15,261 nt of DNA from a virus. Its lineage: Duplodnaviria; Heunggongvirae; Uroviricota; Caudoviricetes. The position numbers were made by a program, and so were the translations under genes. Below are positions 7,091-14,044 of this stretch, in pieces. The notes beneath the pieces are model-generated. The model was given only the letters and a program-made list of their open reading frames with translations. It did not search any database and was not told where the DNA came from. The stretch's first letter is position 1. Each line of letters starts with the position of its first letter. Where the stretch lies: positions 1-15,261 of the IMG/VR virus record IMGVR_UViG_2545824644_000012, one strand, 5' to 3'.

Positions 7091-8059
7091 ATGAGCAGCA
7101 AGCTTCATGGTCTTGTCTGGGAAGGATGCGCCTTCACTGGCATGATCTTATCAAGGGTGGCAGTAATGGCCCGTCTTGCAGATTACAGCAATGACGAGGG
7201 GGTGTCATGGCCTGCTATGGAAACGATCCGGCGTCAGATCGGTGCCAGAAGTGAATCCACCGTGAAATCTGCGATTGCAGAACTGGCGAAAGAGGGCTGG
7301 CTGACGAAGGAAGAGCGTAAGATCGGTGGGCGTAACGTAAGCAATATCTATCGGCTTAATGTGGAAAAACTCGAAGCAGCGGCAGCGGCGGCGCGTGAGG
7401 CATATAAACCGAAAAGAAAAATTAGCCCGGCAAAAAATGACCCGTTAACAGTTGACCCGTCAAATATTGACCCCTCAACGGTTGACCCGTCAAATTCTGA
7501 GGGGTCAACCATTGATAAAAAACAGCCGATTAGGGGGGCGATGATTGACCCCGATCCGTCAGTATTAAAACCTGATCCGTCAGATAAAAGATCTTCTTGT
7601 CCGGACGTTTCACTTCCGGACGAAAAAAAATCATCTCCGGTTGAACGCTTTCTGGATAAACACCCTGATGCGCATACGTGGAATGTGCCGAAGCGACAGT
7701 GGGGAACCCGTGATGATATTACCTGTGCGCAGTGGATCTGGGGGCGTGTTGTTGCGCTGTATGAACACGCAGCCAGTGATGATGGTGAGGTTTCTCGCCC
7801 CAGAGAGCCAAACTGGACGACATGGGCTAACGATGTCCGGATGATGCGCATGCTGGATGGCCGCAGTCACCGGCAGATTTGTGAAATGTTCAGTCGGGTG
7901 CAGCGGGATCCGTTCTGGGTAAAAAATATCATGAGTCCGGCAAAACTGCGCGAAAAATGGGATGAACTGGTCATTCGTCTTGGGCGTGGGCCTGCGCAGA
8001 GTTGCGTGAATCATATTTCTGAACCGGACACTGAAATTCCACCGGGTTTCAGGGGGTAA
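7091..8059 (+). CDS. Replication initiator (lambda O-like / YdaU-like, N-terminal winged-helix)
   Basis: ORF upstream of the DnaC-like gene; N-terminal winged-helix region (VSWPAMETIRRQIGARSESTVKSAIAELAKEGWLT); iteron repeats lie inside the gene. Start placed at ATG 7091 (GGGGG 4 nt upstream); the track's GTG 7076 has no ribosome-binding site. Confidence 0.7.
   Translation: MSSKLHGLVWEGCAFTGMILSRVAVMARLADYSNDEGVSWPAMETIRRQIGARSESTVKSAIAELAKEGWLTKEERKIGGRNVSNIYRLNVEKLEAAAAAAREAYKPKRKISPAKNDPLTVDPSNIDPSTVDPSNSEGSTIDKKQPIRGAMIDPDPSVLKPDPSDKRSSCPDVSLPDEKKSSPVERFLDKHPDAHTWNVPKRQWGTRDDITCAQWIWGRVVALYEHAASDDGEVSRPREPNWTTWANDVRMMRMLDGRSHRQICEMFSRVQRDPFWVKNIMSPAKLREKWDELVIRLGRGPAQSCVNHISEPDTEIPPGFRG
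7438..7585. repeat. Iteron-like repeats inside the initiator gene; candidate origin of replication
   Basis: TTGACCC direct repeats at 7452, 7467 and 7482 (15-bp period), an inverted copy GGGTCAA at 7502-7508, another TTGACCC at 7545, an A-rich segment at 7511-7525, and two GATCCGTCAG repeats at 7553 and 7574. Analogous to ori-lambda inside gene O. Confidence 0.45.
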
Positions 8060-8065
8060 CTGACC

Positions 8066-8818
8066 ATGAAAGATATCGCGACAGTTGCAGTTGGTGTTCT
8101 GGAACGCATCCGCAGACTGGCTCCTGAGCACGTTCCCGTGCCGTACAGTACGACGGAGGAGTGGCGCGAGTGGCAACTTGCCGAAGGCCGGAAATACTGC
8201 GAGGAGATTAACCGCCGGAATCGTCAGTTGCGGGTGGAAAAAATCCTGAACCGTTCGGGCATCCAGCCGCTGCACCGCAAATGTTCGTTCGCGAATTACC
8301 AGGTGCGGAACGACGGGCAGAAACATGCGCTGAGCCAGGCTAAATCCATCGCTGAGGAAATGATGACCGGTTATACAAACTTCGTGTTCAGCGGGAATCC
8401 GGGAACCGGAAAAAATCATCTGGCGGCGGCTGTGGGTAATCGTCTGCTGAAGGCTGGTAAATCCGTGATAGTGGTCACCGTGGCGGATGTGATGAGCGCG
8501 TTACATGCCAGCTATGACGACGGGCTGTCAGGGGAAAAATTTTTGCGTGAACTGTGCGAAGTGGACCTCCTGGTTCTTGACGAAATTGGCATCCAGCGTG
8601 AGACGAAAAACGAGCAGGTGGTACTGCACCAGATTGTTGACCGCCGGACGGCATCACTGTGCAGTGTCGGGATGCTGACAAACCTGAATCATGCCGCAAT
8701 GAGCACGCTTCTTGGTGAGAGGATTATGGACAGGATGACCATGAACGGTGGTCGCTGGGTGAGTTTTAACTGGGAAAGCTGGCGTCCCAATGTCAGCCAT
8801 CTGAGAGTATTGAAGTAA
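8066..8818 (+). CDS. DnaC-like helicase loader (IstB-like AAA+ ATPase)
   Basis: 250-aa ORF; Walker [16 protein letters not shown] and Walker [10 protein letters not shown]; overall very similar to recalled E. coli DnaC ([13 protein letters not shown]..., MLTN..., LGERVMDRM). Confidence 0.9.
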   Translation: MKDIATVAVGVLERIRRLAPEHVPVPYSTTEEWREWQLAEGRKYCEEINRRNRQLRVEKILNRSGIQPLHRKCSFANYQVRNDGQKHALSQAKSIAEEMMTGYTNFVFSGNPGTGKNHLAAAVGNRLLKAGKSVIVVTVADVMSALHASYDDGLSGEKFLRELCEVDLLVLDEIGIQRETKNEQVVLHQIVDRRTASLCSVGMLTNLNHAAMSTLLGERIMDRMTMNGGRWVSFNWESWRPNVSHLRVLK

Positions 8819-8840
8819 TTTTTATCCGGAGGAAATTTTA

Positions 8841-9557
8841 ATGGAAACCGTTTTTGACGCACTGAAAGCACTGAAAAGAGCCTCTTCACAGGTAGTGGCG
8901 GCCCGCCTTGGAATCAGCCGTGAAGATGCGGTCAACGAACTGTGGAAACTGAAGCGCCGTGGTGAAGCGGATAACAAGGGGTCGATGTGGTGGCTGATTC
9001 AGGCTGGTGAAAGTGAACCTGTGTCACAGGTACCGAAAGTGACAGCGCAAATGCTGACTGAGGCGATTGAACAACATGGCCCACAAACGGCGGATGAACT
9101 GGCACTGATGTTCGGAATTACCTCCCGCCGGGCGAATTCATCGCTGGCGATGGCAATCAGCAAAGGGCGTCTGATTCGCGTGAATCAGGGCGGTAAATTT
9201 CGTTACTGCATACCGGGCGCTGATTTACCGGCAGAGCCGGAAGCTGCATCCGTAGCGGAAACGGATGGTAAAGCCTTTCCTCAGCCAGCAGGAGTTGCGT
9301 TACCGGTACAGGAAGCGGCGACACAGGAAGAAATTAAAACAGATACTGTGGCGGACATTGTGCAGTCGCTGCCATCGTTTACCGAAACGAAAGCAGATGA
9401 CCTGATTCTACCATCGCTGAATGTGGCTAACCGCGAGCTGCGCCGGGCGAAAAGTCATGTCCAGAAGTGGGAGCGTGTCTGTGCCGCGCTGCGGGAACTG
9501 AACAAACACAGGGATATTCTCCGGGATATTACCACCACCAGAGAGCAGCAACAGTGA
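8841..9557 (+). CDS. Hypothetical protein with two winged-helix-like segments and a C-terminal coiled-coil (possibly DUF1627-like)
   Basis: 238-aa ORF with GGAGG Shine-Dalgarno; two HTH-like segments ([17 protein letters not shown] and [26 protein letters not shown]); function unknown. Confidence 0.6.
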   Translation: METVFDALKALKRASSQVVAARLGISREDAVNELWKLKRRGEADNKGSMWWLIQAGESEPVSQVPKVTAQMLTEAIEQHGPQTADELALMFGITSRRANSSLAMAISKGRLIRVNQGGKFRYCIPGADLPAEPEAASVAETDGKAFPQPAGVALPVQEAATQEEIKTDTVADIVQSLPSFTETKADDLILPSLNVANRELRRAKSHVQKWERVCAALRELNKHRDILRDITTTREQQQ

Positions 9558-9871
9558 GTGGCTGGAAGACGTGGTGCCGGGCGGAAATCCTGATACTCCG
9601 GCAGTGTGCGGGAACAATGACGGTGGAATGCATCGGGATGCTTATTGGTCGTAGTGAGGCTGCGGTCAGAACGAAAGCGCGGGAACTGGGTATTAGTATG
9701 ATGTTACGGGGTGATTATCACCAGTCAGCAAAATATCCGCAGAGTGATATTGAGCTGGCGCGACAGCAGCATCAGCGTGGCGTGTCGAGGAGAGAAATCG
9801 CCAGAAAATTCGGAATGCCGTTGCGCACAGTGAATAACTACGTTTATTTCGACAGGAGGGTGTCTGCGTGA
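9554..9871 (+). CDS. Small HTH protein, NinH-like C-terminus
   Basis: GTG start overlapping the upstream stop (GTGA); alternative ATG at 9617. C-terminal [21 protein letters not shown] resembles lambda NinH (EVARRLKCSRGTVRKYV). Confidence 0.5.
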   Translation: MSGWKTWCRAEILILRQCAGTMTVECIGMLIGRSEAAVRTKARELGISMMLRGDYHQSAKYPQSDIELARQQHQRGVSRREIARKFGMPLRTVNNYVYFDRRVSA

Positions 9872-10095
9872 AAATCCTGTATCAGGATTACGGCCCGGTG
9901 GGGCAGGTGCTTATCAGCAGTACTGTAATGGAGTTCCGGAAGCATAACCGTGTGGTGGATTCTGTGCTGTTAACCTGTCCGGGGATATCGGCGAGTCGTG
10001 CAGGTGTGTTTATTATGAAGACGAAATTATATGGCAGTAAGGCGTGGATAAAGAAGGCGTATCGTGTAGCGTTGCAGGAGGTTAACAGTGAGTGA
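9868..10095 (+). CDS. Hypothetical 75-aa protein
   Basis: GTG start overlapping the upstream stop; AGGAGGG 7 nt upstream; no recognisable domain. Confidence 0.45.
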   Translation: MKILYQDYGPVGQVLISSTVMEFRKHNRVVDSVLLTCPGISASRAGVFIMKTKLYGSKAWIKKAYRVALQEVNSE

Positions 10096-10399
10096 AATTA
10101 AAGAAATGCCGGTAGTTCGTGACGAATATGGCTACTGGACACATCCTGAATATGAAAAATTCTGTGATGGTCGGGAGAATATTTCAACGGAAGAATTTAA
10201 CGCGTGGATGGAGGCAAATAATCTTCAGTGGACTATCTGCACTATGGATGAAGATGATTTTAACCTGGACGCAGATGGCCCTGATATTTCAGCATGGGAA
10301 CCGGAACGACCAGAGGGCGATGGCTGGTTTATTGGTTCCATTCATGATACGGAAGATGGCCCGGTTTGTGTCTGGTTGCGAAATAAGGCTGAAGCATAA
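10088..10399 (+). CDS. Hypothetical strongly acidic 103-aa protein
   Basis: GTG start with AGGAGG 6 nt upstream, overlapping the upstream stop. Roughly 29 Asp/Glu against about 7 Lys/Arg; several conserved-looking Trp residues. Confidence 0.55.
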   Translation: MSEIKEMPVVRDEYGYWTHPEYEKFCDGRENISTEEFNAWMEANNLQWTICTMDEDDFNLDADGPDISAWEPERPEGDGWFIGSIHDTEDGPVCVWLRNKAEA

Positions 10400-10745
10400 A
10401 GGAGATAAACCAACTAACAACTAAATACTGAAGATTTAAATCAGAAACGATTTTTATTAAATCCTTAACCGGAGGGATTCCTGCACCCTCAGAATATCAG
10501 GAGGCCGCCCGAAAGGGCGGTAAGAAATGAAACATTATTTAGAAAAAATTACCCACGAAAGAGCAGAACAACAGAGTTTCTGTTTTTCATTCTGTTTATA
10601 GTGTTGATGATACCGATATCCCCGCTATTACTGGTCTGGATAATTGGAAGGACATTTGAACCAGTTATTGAGCTATATACCGATGTGACATGGGAATCAT
10701 TCAGCGCACTGCACAATAAAATTAATCCGTATAAGGAAAACTGAT

Positions 10746-11303
10746 ATGAGCACTATTACCAGAGAACGCGCGGAGATTAAATCATACATCACAGGCTTCC
10801 TGAGCGACTCGGCGCACGATAACAAGTCTTCAGACAGCCTGCTGGCTAATGTGTTTCGTATCGCGCTGGCATCACTGGAAGCAGAGCCGATAGCAATGGT
10901 AGTGCCTGATGAAATGGATTTGCTTACCTGCCATCTCGACGGTGTAACTAAAACATATGCTGATGGCTGGAACGTCTGCCGCGTCGCCATGCTTCAGGCC
11001 GGAAACTTTCGGGAAAATAAGAATTCGTCAACCAACAATTTTCGGGAAATCTCGGAAACGTCAACCAGATCTCCGATAACTCCGGATGGCTGGATAAGCT
11101 GTACTGAGCGAATGCCTGAAAAGAGCCAGAACGTGCTTATTTCGATGAATATCGATAGCGAGGCAGGGCCATTAATATATTCCGCACGCTATCTCGGAGG
11201 CACGTTCCGGCGCGGAGGTATAGCAGTTAGTCCGGGTAATGATCTTAGGCAAGCAACCCACTGGATGCCGCTACCAGAACCGCCGCAGGAGGTGAATCAA
11301 TGA
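10746..11303 (+). CDS. DUF551-like phage protein
   Basis: 185-aa ORF with AAGGA Shine-Dalgarno; C-terminal pattern W.S..ERMPE...HWMPLPEPP recalled as typical of DUF551 proteins. Confidence 0.6.
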   Translation: MSTITRERAEIKSYITGFLSDSAHDNKSSDSLLANVFRIALASLEAEPIAMVVPDEMDLLTCHLDGVTKTYADGWNVCRVAMLQAGNFRENKNSSTNNFREISETSTRSPITPDGWISCTERMPEKSQNVLISMNIDSEAGPLIYSARYLGGTFRRGGIAVSPGNDLRQATHWMPLPEPPQEVNQ

Positions 11304-11383
11304 CCTGGCCTGAAGCATTCACAACGGTAGGAATTGCGATGGCGGTGGCGCTGGTGGTGTATTCGATTTGCCGCTGGGGATAA
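11300..11383 (+). CDS. Small hydrophobic peptide (27 aa), putative membrane protein
   Basis: MTWPEAFTTVGIAMAVALVVYSICRWG; ATG overlaps the DUF551 stop (ATGA) with GGAGGTG 7 nt upstream; below the track length cutoff. Confidence 0.35.
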   Translation: MTWPEAFTTVGIAMAVALVVYSICRWG

Positions 11384-11390
11384 AAACGGT

Positions 11391-11418
11391 TTGCGGGAAA
11401 AGGATAGTTAAGTAGAAT
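11391..11418 (+). promoter_or_regulatory. Candidate hok mRNA promoter (-35 TTGCGG, 16-bp spacer, -10 TAGAAT)
   Basis: Hexamers at 11391-11396 and 11413-11418; the predicted transcript 5' end (about 11420) coincides with a sequence complementary to the region downstream of hok. Confidence 0.4.
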
Positions 11419-11593
11419 TGCAGCGGGTGCTTGAGGCTATCTGCCTCGGGCATGAACACCAACGGCAGATAGAGAAAAGCCCCAGTTAACATTACGCGTC
11501 CTGCAAGACGCTTAACATTAATCTGAGGCTCAATCCATGCTGAACACATGTAGGTTAGCCTCTTACGTGCCGAAAGGCAAGGAGAAGCAGGCT

Positions 11594-11749
11594 ATGAAGC
11601 AGCAAAAGGCGATGTTAATCGCCCTGATCGTCATCTGTTTAACCGTCATAGTGACGGCACTGGTAACGAGGAAAGACCTCTGCGAGGTGCGAATCCGAAC
11701 CGGTCAGACGGAGGTCGCTGTCTTCGTAGACTACGAATCTGAGAAGTAA
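11594..11749 (+). CDS. hok: Hok/Gef-family type I toxin (HokD/RelF-like)
   Basis: 51-aa ORF MKQQKAMLIALIVICLTVIVTALVTRKDLCEVRIRTGQTEVAVFVDYESEK with the Hok signature; AAGGAG upstream. The in-frame upstream ATG at 11537 (track ORF) would add a 19-aa extension. Confidence 0.85.
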   Translation: MKQQKAMLIALIVICLTVIVTALVTRKDLCEVRIRTGQTEVAVFVDYESEK

Positions 11750-11756
11750 GAGACCT

Positions 11757-11816
11757 GGCGGGGGAGTAATCTCCCGCCACCTCTGATGTGTCAGGCATCC
11801 TCAACGCACCCGCGCT
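11757..11816 (+). other. hok mRNA 3' element: hairpin plus fold-back sequence complementary to the mRNA 5' end
   Basis: Hairpin GGCGGGGGAG-taat-CTCCCGCC at 11757-11778; 11799-11816 CCTCAACGCACCCGCGCT is complementary (one bulge) to 11420-11436 GCAGCGGGTGCTTGAGG, about 380 nt upstream. Confidence 0.5.
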
Positions 11817-11868
11817 TTACCATACTGAAAATGCTGTTTGAATGTTCATCTCTGAAAGAGGACTATGA

Positions 11869-12213
11869 ATGAAAAAGGTATTGATTGCAGCACTTATTTC
11901 CGGTGTGTCTTTTGGCGCTTTTGCACAGCAGGGTGGTTTCCAGGGGCCAGAAGCAGAGCGTTCAACAGTAGCGCAGGCAAAAGAACTGAAGGATGATGCA
12001 TGGGTTATCCTTGAAGGGAGCATCGTTAAAAAAGTGGGTGATGAACGTTATGAGTTTCGTGACAATAGCGGGACAATTGTCACGGATATTGATGACAGCG
12101 TATGGGCCGGGCAGAATGTTTCTCCTAAAGACAAAGTAAGAATTGAGGGTGAAATTGATAAAGACCTGAGCAGTGTTGAAGTTGATGTAAAGGCACTGAA
12201 ATTATTAAAGTAA
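11869..12213 (+). CDS. YgiW/YdeI (BOF) family periplasmic OB-fold stress protein, with signal peptide
   Basis: 114-aa ORF; signal peptide MKKVLIAALISGVSFGAFA; AGAGGA Shine-Dalgarno; recognisable BOF-family sequence; followed by an intrinsic terminator, i.e. moron-like. Confidence 0.8.
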   Translation: MKKVLIAALISGVSFGAFAQQGGFQGPEAERSTVAQAKELKDDAWVILEGSIVKKVGDERYEFRDNSGTIVTDIDDSVWAGQNVSPKDKVRIEGEIDKDLSSVEVDVKALKLLK

Positions 12214-12231
12214 CCGCCCCTGCTTGTTAAG

Positions 12232-12258
12232 CCCGTCTTACTGACGGGTTTTCTGTTT
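12232..12258 (+). terminator. Rho-independent terminator
   Basis: CCCGTC-ttact-GACGGG stem-loop followed by TTTTCTGTTT, directly after the YgiW-like gene stop. Confidence 0.55.
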
Positions 12259-12285
12259 GTACATTCCGGCGTATTGCCTTACAAT
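12257..12285 (+). promoter_or_regulatory. Candidate sigma70 promoter (-35 TTGTAC, 17-bp spacer, -10 TACAAT)
   Basis: Hexamers at 12257-12262 and 12280-12285, upstream of the 12335 gene and the DUF968-rusA-Q operon; a TGACA-N5-TGTCA palindrome follows at about 12308-12322. Confidence 0.4.
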
Positions 12286-12334
12286 TCGCGCAGTCAGCCT
12301 GAACAACTGACACCTGCTGTCACCGGAGAATCCG

Positions 12335-12607
12335 ATGACACAACACATAAAATCCCACAATTCTGAAGCCGACCCGGAAATTAAGCAGGGGAGGCGTTTT
12401 CGTGCGCCTCAGTATGGCTGGTTTCACTATCTGTTCTGTACGATCGATGAGGCAGATATGCTTCAAGAGGCGTATCTGCGTCGCGGTGTCCGTGTGGAGC
12501 GGAGTCTGAACGCTGATCGTCTGACCTGGACCGTTTCTGTATATCTTCCTGTTCGTGCACATCTGCCACGGACACATGCCTGCTACCGTCAGCGCGTCTG
12601 GAGGTAA
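12335..12607 (+). CDS. Hypothetical 90-aa protein (occupies the position of rem in Qin)
   Basis: ORF with GGAG 7 nt upstream; its stop TAA lies inside the ribosome-binding site of the next gene (GGAGGTAATGTG), indicating translational coupling; no recognisable domain. Confidence 0.5.
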   Translation: MTQHIKSHNSEADPEIKQGRRFRAPQYGWFHYLFCTIDEADMLQEAYLRRGVRVERSLNADRLTWTVSVYLPVRAHLPRTHACYRQRVWR

Positions 12608-12608
12608 T

Positions 12609-13658
12609 GTGCGGGTATTACTTCGACCTGTTCTGGTTCCGGAACTCGGGCTGGTGGTCCTTAAGCCCGGTCGTGAATCATTGCCAGTTTTTCATCGCGG
12701 CAGGGTGCTGGTGGAGCCGGAACCGAAAAACATGCGCGGTCTGCCGTCCGGAGTCGTTCCTGCCGTTCGCCAGCCGCTGGCAGAGGATAAAACATTACTG
12801 CCATTTTTCAGCGATGAGCGGGTTATTCGTGCAGCAGGTGGTGCAGGTGCACTGTCTGACTGGTTATTACGTCACGTGAAATCCTGCCAGTGGCCACACG
12901 GCGATTATCATCACAGCGAAACCGTCATTCACCGTTACGGTACCGGCGCGATGGTGTTGTGCTGGCACTGTGACAACCAGCTGCGCGACCAGACATCAGA
13001 ATCACTCGATCAACTTGCTCAGCAGAATCTGGTTGCCTGGATGATTGACGTCATCCGTCACGCAATAAGCGGTACGCAGGAGAGGGAGTTATCGCTGGCC
13101 GAATTATCCTGGTGGGCGGCCTGCAGTCAGGTGGTGGATGCACTACCTGAGGCAGTAGCGCGTCGTTCGCTGGGATTACCAGCGGAAAAAATCCGCTCCG
13201 TATACCGTGAGAGTGACATCGTACCGGGAGAACAGACAGCCATCAGCATACTGAAGCAGCGCACAAAAAATATTGCGCTGCCACTTCACGTCCACCAGCA
13301 ACAAAATCCACCACAGAAAAAAACGGTTGTCAGTATCGCCGTTGATCCGGAGTCTCCTGAATCGTTCATGAGGCGGCCTAAACGTCGCCGTTGGGTTAAT
13401 GAGAAATACACGCGCTGGGTAAAGACACAGCCGTGTGCGTGTTGTGGTAAGCCTGCTGACGATCCGCATCACCTGATTGGTCATGGTCAGGGGGGAATGG
13501 GGACAAAGGCCCACGATATTTTCACGCTACCGTTGTGCCGGGAGCACCACAACGAACTTCATGCAGACCCGCTGGAGTTTGAGAAAAAGTACGGCTCTCA
13601 GATTGAGTTAATTTTTCGTTTTCTTGATCACGCCTTTGCGACTGGCGTGCTCGGGTAA
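12609..13658 (+). CDS. DUF968-like protein (YdfU family) with C-terminal HNH-like Cys/His motif
   Basis: GTG start at 12609 (GGAGG 4 nt upstream) gives 349 aa; C-terminal CACCGKPADDPHHLIGHG...CREHHNELH resembles an HNH/zinc-binding nuclease motif. The track start at 12555 lacks a ribosome-binding site and overlaps the upstream gene. Confidence 0.65.
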   Translation: MRVLLRPVLVPELGLVVLKPGRESLPVFHRGRVLVEPEPKNMRGLPSGVVPAVRQPLAEDKTLLPFFSDERVIRAAGGAGALSDWLLRHVKSCQWPHGDYHHSETVIHRYGTGAMVLCWHCDNQLRDQTSESLDQLAQQNLVAWMIDVIRHAISGTQERELSLAELSWWAACSQVVDALPEAVARRSLGLPAEKIRSVYRESDIVPGEQTAISILKQRTKNIALPLHVHQQQNPPQKKTVVSIAVDPESPESFMRRPKRRRWVNEKYTRWVKTQPCACCGKPADDPHHLIGHGQGGMGTKAHDIFTLPLCREHHNELHADPLEFEKKYGSQIELIFRFLDHAFATGVLG

Positions 13659-13670
13659 AAGAGGTGACTG

Positions 13671-14044
13671 ATGCTCATAGATTTGGTTTTACCTTACCCG
13701 CCGACGGTGAACACTTACTGGAGACGCCGTGGCAGCACATATTTTGTATCAAAAGCAGGGGAGCGTTATCGCCGGCAGTGGCGCTTATTGTTCGCCAGCA
13801 GCGACTGAAATTAAGCCTGTCCGGACGGCTGGCAATAAAAATTATTGCAGAGCCACCGGATAAGCGTCGTCGCGACCTGGACAATATTCTGAAAGCACCG
13901 CTGGATGCGCTGACGCATGCGGGAGTGCTTATTGATGACGAGCAGTTTGATGAAATCAATATTGTACGTGGTCAGCCAGTATCTGGTGGACGTCTGGGGG
14001 TGAAGATTTACCCCATAATGCTTGAAGGGCAGGTCAAAAAATGA
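13671..14044 (+). pseudogene. rusA: rusA Holliday-junction resolvase, apparently disrupted by a -1 frameshift
   Basis: From ATG 13671 (AAGAGG 6 nt upstream) the frame reads MLIDLVLPYPPTVNTYWRRRGSTYFVSKAGERYRR, matching the RusA N-terminus, then stops at 13806-13808. The RusA C-terminus (AVALIV...PDKRRRDLDN...) continues in the -1 frame to 14044. The shift maps to the G-run near 13774-13776. Confidence 0.65.

Noticed and set aside
6607-7108. Minus-strand ORFs 6607-6843 and 6650-7108
   Set aside because: Antisense to the Cro-like and YdaT-like genes; Pro/Arg-rich shadow translations.
7348-8419. Minus-strand ORFs 7348-7851 and 7631-8419, and plus-strand 7641-7844
   Set aside because: Antisense or alternative-frame overlaps of the initiator and DnaC-like genes, which carry clear motifs.
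8475-8889. Minus-strand ORFs 8475-8699 and 8689-8889
   Set aside because: Antisense to the DnaC-like gene and the following ORF; no ribosome-binding site.
10697-10990. Minus-strand ORF 10697-10990
   Set aside because: Antisense to the DUF551 gene, which has a ribosome-binding site and a conserved C-terminal motif.
11319-12023. Minus-strand ORFs 11319-11549 and 11817-12023
   Set aside because: These overlap the hok leader and the YgiW-like gene. The hok leader region is expected to encode an antisense RNA, not a 76-aa protein; the second is a shadow ORF.
12381-12879. ORFs 12381-12575 and 12320-12577 (minus), 12607-12879 (plus), and the 12555 ATG start for the DUF968 gene
   Set aside because: These overlap the 90-aa gene or the DUF968 frame. 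A frameshift fusion of the two genes was considered but GTG 12609 with a GGAGG site explains the arrangement as two coupled genes.
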